Shown here in pieces: positions 56,628 through 64,000 of a stretch of 64,000 nucleotides of DNA (its first letter is position 1; each line of letters begins with the position of its first letter). The notes under the pieces are model-generated. The model had not been told where the DNA came from, made no database searches, and saw only the letters and a list, made by a program, of their open reading frames with translations. The position numbers and the translations under genes are program-made. Source of the DNA: Terriglobia bacterium. GTDB taxonomy: Bacteria; Acidobacteriota; Terriglobia; Acidiferrales; UBA7541. The DNA is taken from the NCBI GenBank assembly GCA_963695545.1, contig OY968796.1:96001-160000 (forward strand), in the 5' to 3' direction.

Positions 56628-58421
56628 ATGGCCGATGAAGCCAAAGCAGAGATGGTACCAACTTTAGGCCTTACAGGGCTCACGGTGAACGGCATGGCAT
56701 TGATTGCGCCCGGCGCCTTTCTTTGGCTGACGTTTTACGGGCAGTCGACCGAGGGCGCCACGTCGCCGGCCATGTGGGCGGGGATTTTTCTCGCCTTATT
56801 GCTGTGTTTGGCGACAGCGGTGTCGTACGCCGAACTGGCAAAGCTGTATCCCGGCACCGGAAGTTCCTACTATTTCGCGGAGCAATCGTTCCTAAATCAT
56901 GAGAAGGCCTGGAAGTGGGCGCGCTTGATGAAATTTATCACCGGCTGGGGTTCGCATCTTTACTACTGGATCTACCCCGCGGTGATGGTGGCCACGACCG
57001 GAATCTTCTGCGGTTACGTGGTGGGCACGCTTTGGCCGAACTTCATGAGCGCCTCGAATCCGGGTCCGATGTTCATGATGCTCGTGGCGATCATCTTCTC
57101 GTTCGCGGTTTCGTACATCGCGCACAGAGGGGTGATCGGCTCGACAGGAGTGAGCGTGGCGATCAATGTGATTCAAATTTCGGCGTTGATCGTCTTCTCG
57201 GTGATGTGCATCAGCTACCGCGTGAAGCATGCGCCGGGCAGCGTGGCCTTCCAATTCGATCCGACCACGGGCGAGGCTTACACCTATCAATTCGCATCCA
57301 CAACGGCGGCGGATGGAACGGTGACGATCACGCGCGATGCGAACAATGTTCCGGTGCCGCTGATGGACGCGAGCGGCAAGCCGGTTCCTTACACCATCAG
57401 CTATCCGACCACAGACAGCAGCGGCAACTTCCTGACGCATCCGAGCGCCAAGTCGGTGATCGCGCCGCACGGAATCGCCAATGTGTTCGTGCAAGCCACA
57501 GTGGCGATCCTGATCCTGGTGGGATTCGAGTCCATCACATCGTTGGGCGGTGAGGCCAAAAACCCCAAGCGGGACATCCCCATCGCGGTGATCGCGTCAC
57601 TGCTCATACAGGGGGCCTTCTGTTATCTGTTTGAGTATTTTGCGACGCTGTATTTCTTAAATAGCGGCTACACCATGCAAAGTGCGGGAGGATCAGCGGC
57701 GCCCATCGGCGACATGATGGTGGTCGTCGGCGACGCGCTGTTCGGCCAAGGGCATGGCCGCACGTTCATGCTGGTGGAAGCGTTCACCGTGTTCCTGGCG
57801 CTGATCGGCACGACGCTCTCTTGCATCAACACCGGGGCGCGCGTGACGTACGCCATGGGCAAGGATCAGGAAGTTCCCGAACACTTCGGCATGCTGCACT
57901 CGAAGAACCTGAGCCCCCACCGCGCGATTTGGACGCTCGCGGTGATCTCGGCGGTCCTCGGGTGCGTCGGCTGCATCACGATTTTCGCCGACTCCAGCGC
58001 GCCCACGGACGCCGTGATCGCGGCGCTACCTCACGGCTTCTGGTCGAGTTTCGGGTACATGAGCCACGCCAGGCTGGCGAATCTGCCAAACTCGTGGACG
58101 ACGCTGACGCTGGCTTCCAACTTCGGCACGTTCCTGCTATACGGGCTGAGCTGCTTCATCTGCATGGTGGCCTATCACAACCACCCCAACTTCAAATTCA
58201 TCCGGCACTGGGCAATCCCGGCGTTCGGAATCCTGGCGAACGTGATTTGTATGGCGTTCTACCTGATCGGGCCGTTCCTGGGGTTCGGAACAAAAATGGA
58301 GCCGTTCACCGCGTTGGGAATTGCGGCGGTGTGGGCCATATACGGTGGCATCTACTTCGTGCGCTCAAGTAAGGCGAGCGGGCGAACGACGTTCGTCACC
58401 AATCGCGCCACCAACAGTTGA
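56628..58421 (+). CDS. APC family amino acid permease
   Basis: AAGGAGG SD; SYAELAKLYPGTGSSY, GFESITSLGGEAKNPKRDIP, ARVTYAMGKD. Confidence 0.9.
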   Translation: MADEAKAEMVPTLGLTGLTVNGMALIAPGAFLWLTFYGQSTEGATSPAMWAGIFLALLLCLATAVSYAELAKLYPGTGSSYYFAEQSFLNHEKAWKWARLMKFITGWGSHLYYWIYPAVMVATTGIFCGYVVGTLWPNFMSASNPGPMFMMLVAIIFSFAVSYIAHRGVIGSTGVSVAINVIQISALIVFSVMCISYRVKHAPGSVAFQFDPTTGEAYTYQFASTTAADGTVTITRDANNVPVPLMDASGKPVPYTISYPTTDSSGNFLTHPSAKSVIAPHGIANVFVQATVAILILVGFESITSLGGEAKNPKRDIPIAVIASLLIQGAFCYLFEYFATLYFLNSGYTMQSAGGSAAPIGDMMVVVGDALFGQGHGRTFMLVEAFTVFLALIGTTLSCINTGARVTYAMGKDQEVPEHFGMLHSKNLSPHRAIWTLAVISAVLGCVGCITIFADSSAPTDAVIAALPHGFWSSFGYMSHARLANLPNSWTTLTLASNFGTFLLYGLSCFICMVAYHNHPNFKFIRHWAIPAFGILANVICMAFYLIGPFLGFGTKMEPFTALGIAAVWAIYGGIYFVRSSKASGRTTFVTNRATNS

Positions 58422-58447
58422 TCGCGGGGCGCAAACGAAAGCTGAGC

Positions 58448-58482
58448 ACCGGGCGGGCGCAAGCCCGCCCGGTCTTCTTTTT
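58448..58482 (+). terminator. Rho-independent terminator
   Basis: ACCGGGCGGGC-GCAA-GCCCGCCCGGT followed by CTTCTTTTT. Confidence 0.8.
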
Positions 58483-58498
58483 GGAGCGGGTATAATAA

Positions 58499-59383
58499 AT
58501 GTTTGAAATCTATCGAGGGCAGGCGGCCGCGAGCGCCAGCGAGAATGTGGTGCCGCTCACCGCGCCCGTGGTCTCTACTATGCTGGATATTGAATTCACG
58601 CAGCTTTCCGATGTTGGGCGGGTTCGACCGCACAACGAAGATTATCTGGGGCATGTGCCGGCGGACACACCGGAACGAGCGCGCTCGCACGGCTGGCTAT
58701 TTGTGCTTGCCGACGGCGTGGGTGGGCACGCGCAGGGCGAGGTCGCGTCGCACGCGGCGGTGGAAAGCGTGCTCGAGAACTTCCGCACGGCCGGCGCTGG
58801 AGAACCGCCGGTCGGCCTGATAGGGCGCCTGGTGCAGCAAGCCAACGCGCGCGTGTTCAACGTAGCGCTTGAGGCCGGACGCGCCGGCGCGGGGATGTCT
58901 ACCACGATCGTGGCCGTACTGTTGCGGCACGACCGGGTTGCCGTGGCGCACGTAGGCGATTCGCGCTGCTATCTGATTCGGCGCGGCGGGATTGAGTCCC
59001 TCACGCGCGATCACACCATGGCCAATGAACAGGTGCGGCTGGGCGTGATTTCAAGGCAAGAAGCCGACGAGGGCGAGACGCGGCATTTTCTCAGCAGGTC
59101 GCTCGGCGGCGGGCTGTTCGTGAGCGTGGAAACGAACGATCACCAAATCTTCCCGGGCGACGTGCTGCTGCTGTGCTCCGACGGCTTGCACGGCGCGGTC
59201 CCGCCCGGCGAAATTCAGGAAATACTGGCCTCGGCCTCGTTCGACCTGAAGGACGCCGCCCGGCGGTTGGTCGAGATTGCCAACGAGCGCGATGGCAGCG
59301 ATAATGTGAGCGTTCAATTGATTCGCGTTCGAGGCGTCGAACGCGTTGGCATGTACCGCGGGCGGCCCTACAAACTGCGTTGA
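58499..59383 (+). CDS. PP2C-family Ser/Thr phosphatase (start may be 58580)
   Basis: GRVRPHNED, LADGVGG, HVGDSRCY, LLCSDGL, GSDNVS. Confidence 0.93.
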   Translation: MFEIYRGQAAASASENVVPLTAPVVSTMLDIEFTQLSDVGRVRPHNEDYLGHVPADTPERARSHGWLFVLADGVGGHAQGEVASHAAVESVLENFRTAGAGEPPVGLIGRLVQQANARVFNVALEAGRAGAGMSTTIVAVLLRHDRVAVAHVGDSRCYLIRRGGIESLTRDHTMANEQVRLGVISRQEADEGETRHFLSRSLGGGLFVSVETNDHQIFPGDVLLLCSDGLHGAVPPGEIQEILASASFDLKDAARRLVEIANERDGSDNVSVQLIRVRGVERVGMYRGRPYKLR

Positions 59384-59421
59384 TTCTTCGCCCCGCCGCC
59401 TGCCGCTGATCTGCGCTCCCG

Positions 59422-60390
59422 ATGCCTTCTCTACATCCCGGCGACACGCTAGACCACTATCGCATCGAGAAGCTCGTTGCTCGCAGCGGGATGGCCTCGA
59501 TTTTTCGCGGCACGGATCTGCGGAACAATCGCGACGTGGCTATTAAGGTTCCCCACCCCGAAATGGAAGGCGACCCGACGTTCTTCGAGCGGTTCAAGCG
59601 CGAGGAGCAAATCGGCAAGGACCTGGACCACCCCGGCGTGATGAAAGTCTTCGCCGACGAGGATCGCAACCAGATTTACATGGTGATGGAGTGGGTCGAT
59701 GGCAAACTGCTGCGGCAGATTCTGATCGAGCAGAAGAAATTGCCGCCGGAACGCGCGGTGCACATCGCGCGGGGCGTTCTGGACGCACTCGCTTACATCC
59801 ACAGCCACGGCGTGGTCCATCGCGATTTGAAACCCGAAAACATCATGGTGGATCCAGAGGATCGCGTGAAGCTGATCGATTTCGGAATCGCGGGCGCGGC
59901 GGGCGCGCGCCGGCTGACGTTCGCCAAGCTCACGGCGGCCATGGGCACGCCCGATTACATTTCGCCGGAGCAAGTGAAGGGCAAACGCGGCGACGCGCGG
60001 AGCGACCTCTACTCGCTGGGAATCATCCTCTACGAGATGCTAACCGGCGAAGTGCCGTTCCACGGGCCCAACGCCTTCGTGATCATGAACGACCGCTTGC
60101 TGAACAGTTTCACGCCGCCGCGCGAGCTCAACCCGGCGATTTCGCCGCAGTTGCAGGAAGTGATTTACCGGGCGCTCGAACGCGACCCGAAGAATCGCTA
60201 CGCCAGCGCGCATGAATTCGCCACAGATCTCGAGCACCTGGATAAAGTCGGCGTTTCCGACCGGCCGGAAATGCACGACTGGCGGAAAAAGCGCTCGCCC
60301 TGGGGGCGACGGATCGCGTTCTACGTGATGCTCGCGCTGATCCCAGTCGCGATTTTTTGGCTGCTGCTCTACGTAGCGAAACATTCATGA
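59422..60390 (+). CDS. Hanks-type Ser/Thr kinase with C-terminal TM anchor
   Basis: VAIK, HRDLKPEN, DFG, GTPDYISPEQ, DLYSLG; TM at the extreme C-terminus with no extracellular domain. Confidence 0.94.
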   Translation: MPSLHPGDTLDHYRIEKLVARSGMASIFRGTDLRNNRDVAIKVPHPEMEGDPTFFERFKREEQIGKDLDHPGVMKVFADEDRNQIYMVMEWVDGKLLRQILIEQKKLPPERAVHIARGVLDALAYIHSHGVVHRDLKPENIMVDPEDRVKLIDFGIAGAAGARRLTFAKLTAAMGTPDYISPEQVKGKRGDARSDLYSLGIILYEMLTGEVPFHGPNAFVIMNDRLLNSFTPPRELNPAISPQLQEVIYRALERDPKNRYASAHEFATDLEHLDKVGVSDRPEMHDWRKKRSPWGRRIAFYVMLALIPVAIFWLLLYVAKHS

Positions 60391-61226
60391 GCGATACCAA
60401 AACCAATGGCGACGCGCCGGTCGCCGCGCTCGCCGCGGCGATTGAAACCCACGCGCTCACGCGAATCTTCGGCGAAGTGCGCGCCGTGAACCACATTTCT
60501 TTTTCGGTACCGCACGGCGAGATTTTCGGGCTGCTCGGTCCGAACGGCGCGGGGAAAAGCACCACGATCAAGATGCTCACCACGCTGCTTGAGCCTACGT
60601 CCGGCACAGCGCGCGTGGCGGGATTCGACATCGTGGCCGCTCCGGCGGAGGTGCGGCGAAGAATTGGATACGTGCCGCAGATGCTGTCCGCCGACGGCGC
60701 GCTGACCGGCATCGAGAATCTGACGCTTTCGGCGAAGCTTTACGACATGCCGCGCGCCGAACGCAAGGTGCGCATTGCTGAAGCGCTCGAGTTTATGGGC
60801 CTTGCGGAGGCGGCCAAGAGACTCGTGCGCACGTACTCGGGAGGCATGATCCGGCGGCTCGAAGTGGCGCAGGCCATGCTTCACCGGCCGGCGGTCCTGT
60901 TTCTGGATGAGCCGACCATCGGCCTCGATCCGGTTGCGCGGCGCACGGTGTGGGACCGGCTGCGTGAACTGAAAGAACGCTACGGCATCACCGTGCTGAT
61001 CACCACGCACGATATGGACGAAGCCGAGGAACTCTGCGACGAGCTGGCCATCATGCATCAGGGAAAAATCGGAGTGATCGGCAAGCCCGCGGAACTCAAG
61101 GCGTCGCTGGGCGAAGGCGCCTCGCTCGACGACGTGTTCGCGCACTACAGCGGCGGCTCGATTCACGAAGGAGGAAATTATGGCGACATCCAACGCACAC
61201 GCCGTGTTGCCCAGCGACTCGGTTGA
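60387..61226 (+). CDS. ABC transporter ATP-binding protein (DrrA-like)
   Basis: GPNGAGKST, YSGGMIRR, LDEPTIGLDP, TTHDMDEA; ATGA overlap with the kinase. Confidence 0.92.
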   Translation: MSDTKTNGDAPVAALAAAIETHALTRIFGEVRAVNHISFSVPHGEIFGLLGPNGAGKSTTIKMLTTLLEPTSGTARVAGFDIVAAPAEVRRRIGYVPQMLSADGALTGIENLTLSAKLYDMPRAERKVRIAEALEFMGLAEAAKRLVRTYSGGMIRRLEVAQAMLHRPAVLFLDEPTIGLDPVARRTVWDRLRELKERYGITVLITTHDMDEAEELCDELAIMHQGKIGVIGKPAELKASLGEGASLDDVFAHYSGGSIHEGGNYGDIQRTRRVAQRLG

Positions 61227-62007
61227 GCCTTCGCACGTTTTCAGTCTTTTCAGGGAGAGCGCCGCGATCGCCGAAGTCGAGCTGAAAAAAGTGCTGCGCG
61301 ATCCCACGGAATTGTTCACGCGCGCGGTGCAGCCGACGCTGTGGTTGGTGGTTTTCGGTCAGGTGTTCAGCCGCGTGCGCGGCATTCCCACCGGCAACGT
61401 TTCCTACCTGGCTTTCATGACGCCCGGCATTCTGGCGCAAAGCGTTTTGTTCGCGGCGATCTTCTACGGAATCGCGGTGATCTGGGAGCGCGACCTGGGC
61501 ATCATTCACAAGTTGCTGGTAAGCCCCGCGCATCGCGCGGCGTTCGTGCTGGGCAAGGCGATCTCGTCCGGATTTCGCGGCGCGATGCAATGCGTGATCA
61601 TTTACCTGTTGGCGCTGGCCTTGCACATCCAGATTCAGTGGAAGGTATTTCCGATACTCGGCGTGTTTGCCGGCGTCGCGTTGGGCTCGGCAATTTTTGC
61701 AACGTTTTCGCTGATCATCGCGTGCATCGTGAAATCGCGCGAGCGCTTCATGGGCATCGGTCAGGTGCTGACGATGCCGCTGTTTTTCGCGAGCAACGCG
61801 ATCTATCCGCTGGCGCTGATGCCGAAGTGGCTGCGCATGGTCGCGCTGGTGAATCCGCTGACGTATCTTGTGGACGCGCTGCGCGGACTGATGATCGTCG
61901 GCGGGCAGAGCACACACGGTTTCATGAGCGATTTCGCGTTGCTCGCCGTGATTTTTGTGATCCTTGCGGCGATCGCTGCCCGGCTTTATCCAACGCTCGT
62001 GCGCTAG
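61180..62007 (+). CDS. ABC-2 type permease
   Basis: YLAFMTPGILAQ, WERDLG, PLFFASNAIYP, NPLTYLVDALR. Confidence 0.9.
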   Translation: MATSNAHAVLPSDSVEPSHVFSLFRESAAIAEVELKKVLRDPTELFTRAVQPTLWLVVFGQVFSRVRGIPTGNVSYLAFMTPGILAQSVLFAAIFYGIAVIWERDLGIIHKLLVSPAHRAAFVLGKAISSGFRGAMQCVIIYLLALALHIQIQWKVFPILGVFAGVALGSAIFATFSLIIACIVKSRERFMGIGQVLTMPLFFASNAIYPLALMPKWLRMVALVNPLTYLVDALRGLMIVGGQSTHGFMSDFALLAVIFVILAAIAARLYPTLVR

Positions 62008-62044
62008 CGGCGCTTTCGCTAACGGTAATCGTGGAGGACGACGC

Positions 62045-62947
62045 ATGGCCAAAATAAAAGCGTTCAATTTCCTGGACCGATTCCGCATCGAGAGCGGCCG
62101 CGGATTCCGGCTGAAGGATTTCGACCCGGCGGATACGCACGGATTCAAATCCAAGAAAAAGGCCGAGGATCGGCTTGAGCAAGACATCGAACGCCTGTGC
62201 GAACTGCAAAGCAAACTTTACGCGCAGGAACGCTGGGCGCTGCTGATCGTGCTGCAAGCGTTGGACGCCGCGGGCAAGGACGGCACGGTGAAGCACGTGA
62301 TGTCAGGCGTGAATCCGGAAGGCTGCGACGTGGCCTCCTTTAAGACTCCCACGCCCGAAGAGCTCGATCACGATTATTTGTGGCGAACGACGGTGCGCCT
62401 GCCGGAGCGCGGCCGGATCGGCATCTTCAATCGCTCCTACTACGAAGACGTCCTGATCCTCCGCGTGCACCCCGAGATGCTTGAAACAAATAAACTGCCG
62501 CCGTCGCTGGTCTCAAAAAAAATCTGGAAGGAACGCTACGAGGACATCAACGCATACGAACGCCACCTGGCGCGGAACGGCACGGTGATCCTGAAATTTT
62601 TCCTGCACCTTTCGCGCGAGGAGCAGCTCAAGCGATTTCTGGAACGCCTCGACCAACCGGAAAAGAATTGGAAATTTTCACTGGCCGACGTGCGCGAGCG
62701 CGCTTACTGGAAGAAATATCAGAAGGCTTACGAAGAGGCTATCCGCACCACCGCCACGCGCCGCGCGCCATGGTACGTGGTGCCGGCGGATCACAAATGG
62801 TTTTCGCGGCTGGTCGTGGCCGCGGCGATCGTCGAACAGCTCGAAGCGCTGCACCTGGCCTACCCGGTCGTCGACAAGGAAAAGCGCCGGGAACTGGCGG
62901 CGGCCAAAGAGACCTTGCTGGGAGAGAGCGACCGCGCCGCAAAATAG
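62045..62947 (+). CDS. ppk2: Polyphosphate kinase 2 family protein
   Basis: QALDAAGKDG, HDYLWR, FNRSYYEDV, KNWKF, PWYVVPADHKW; GGAGG SD. Confidence 0.9.
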   Translation: MAKIKAFNFLDRFRIESGRGFRLKDFDPADTHGFKSKKKAEDRLEQDIERLCELQSKLYAQERWALLIVLQALDAAGKDGTVKHVMSGVNPEGCDVASFKTPTPEELDHDYLWRTTVRLPERGRIGIFNRSYYEDVLILRVHPEMLETNKLPPSLVSKKIWKERYEDINAYERHLARNGTVILKFFLHLSREEQLKRFLERLDQPEKNWKFSLADVRERAYWKKYQKAYEEAIRTTATRRAPWYVVPADHKWFSRLVVAAAIVEQLEALHLAYPVVDKEKRRELAAAKETLLGESDRAAK

Positions 62948-62962
62948 GCTCTTTTCGCCGCT

Positions 62963-63532
62963 CTAGTTCGTCGGCGGCGGTGTGTTCGGCCCATTGCCCG
63001 GCCCGTTGCTGGGGCCGTTGTTCGGACCATTGTTCGGACCATTGCCCGGTCCGCCGCCGCGGTTCTGCATGCGTTGCTCGCGTTCCTGCTCTTCCTGATC
63101 GAATTTCGCTTTCTGCTTGTCATCGAGCACCGCGCGAATCTTGGCATTGGCGTCGGTGCGGATCTGCTCGAATTTCTGCCGCATGGCTTGGCGATCGCCG
63201 CCGGAATTGTCGTTCCGGGCGTCTTCCATCTTCTTTTGTTGGTCCACGAGAATAGGCTTGATCTGGGCCTGCTCGTCAGCCGTGAGGTTCAAGTCCGCGG
63301 TCATCTGTTTCAGGCGATCATCTGGAGACATCGGCCCTCTTTGGCCGCCGCCGCGTCCGTTCCATTGGCCCTGCCCTTGGCCTGGGCCCGACCCTTGGCC
63401 TTGACCTTGACCCTGGCCTTGGCCAGAGCCTGAGCCGTTGTCGGGAGACTGCGCCAATGCAGGTGCCGCGACGCAAAGCGGCGCCGCGAGCAGAACAGCA
63501 AGCCAGAAGCGACTGTAACGTATTGAAATCAT
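62963..63532 (-). CDS. Spy/CpxP-like periplasmic protein with GQ and NNGP low-complexity tails
   Basis: Signal peptide, LNLTADEQ and LDDKQKAKF LTXXQ-like motifs, (GQ)n and (NNGP)n; GAGGAGG SD. Confidence 0.75.
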   Translation of the reverse strand: MISIRYSRFWLAVLLAAPLCVAAPALAQSPDNGSGSGQGQGQGQGQGSGPGQGQGQWNGRGGGQRGPMSPDDRLKQMTADLNLTADEQAQIKPILVDQQKKMEDARNDNSGGDRQAMRQKFEQIRTDANAKIRAVLDDKQKAKFDQEEQEREQRMQNRGGGPGNGPNNGPNNGPSNGPGNGPNTPPPTN

Positions 63533-63775
63533 GGAGAATACCTCCTCGTTGGAGAACTCAGCTGCGGTGGGCAGGTCACCTGTGGGCCGACCCCCAGCGG
63601 ACTCTACGCCAGTCAGCGGCTCCGCAGCAAGGCTGAGAGGCGGACGGCGTTAGCGAAGAGAGGCCCCCAGCGCTTCCCAGTTTTGGGGGCCTCCCCTGCT
63701 TGGGTCAGTCTGAAACTGTTTCGCTTGGCGAGCGGCAAAAGTTCCCGAGAGTTTCAAGTATCCGTCTGCGTGCGT

Positions 63776-64000
63776 TCAGACGGCCGGTTTCCCGCCCACA
63801 CGAGCGCCCGGAACGCCCGCGGTCAAAACCCTGACGGTCGAGCGCATGCCGTGGCGCGCGAAGGCCGCGGCGATGTCTTCGCCGATCGCCTGGCAATGCC
63901 CGTCGGCAAAGGCGAGCACGCTTGGTCCAGCGCCGCTGAGGGCGACGCCGAGAAGGCCAGGGCGCTTGAAGAGCTCGAGCGCTTCGGCCAGGCCCGGAAC
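63776..64000 (-). CDS. thrB: Homoserine kinase, 3' end (partial; not in the ORF track)
   Basis: Minus frame from 64000 reads VPGLAEALELFKRPGLLGVALSGAGPSVLAFA...GKPAV*; LSGAGPS GHMP-kinase motif. Confidence 0.8.
   Translation of the reverse strand, partial: VPGLAEALELFKRPGLLGVALSGAGPSVLAFADGHCQAIGEDIAAAFARHGMRSTVRVLTAGVPGARVGGKPAV

Overview
GC-rich bacterial chromosomal window, most likely from an Acidobacteriota member. This is inferred from the PadR + ADOP permease tandem, the giant NHL/Ig surface protein and the REP-like palindromes. In order it holds the 3' part of a GH94 cyclic beta-1,2-glucan synthase/phosphorylase (ndvB-like), pirin, a frameshifted glyoxalase-like gene, two alpha/beta hydrolases, a PAS-GGDEF-EAL protein, transaldolase, a TolC-EmrA-EmrB-Cmk-like operon, MarR, and tRNA-Arg(TCT). 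After the tRNA come a small accessory patch (DoxX / ECF41-type sigma / HNH pseudogene), Crp, a 2990-aa surface protein with an OM beta-barrel, VOC, PadR-ADOP-ADOP, GH127, and a PagL-like/CzcB/CzcA/rhodanese operon behind a RAPP-ending leader ORF. The window ends with an ABC exporter, AKR, a degenerate Amt opposite an APC-PP2C-Ser/Thr kinase-ABC-PPK2 cluster, a Spy-like protein and the end of thrB. Best leads: (1) three copies of an unannotated ~260-330 bp intergenic element with a fixed layout (CTATTCGAATAG palindrome, TTGACG promoter, ATG 5 nt after the -10, spaced internal repeats, A-run/G-run end); (2) a terminal Ig-like domain apparently split by a TM hairpin with an internal lipobox, suggesting an unusual anchoring route; (3) a RAPP/CxxC leader in front of a metal-efflux operon that has a PagL-like barrel where the OM channel normally sits; (4) an Amt with several catalytic residues replaced, linked to a kinase/phosphatase pair. 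All calls come from reading the sequence; no searches were run.
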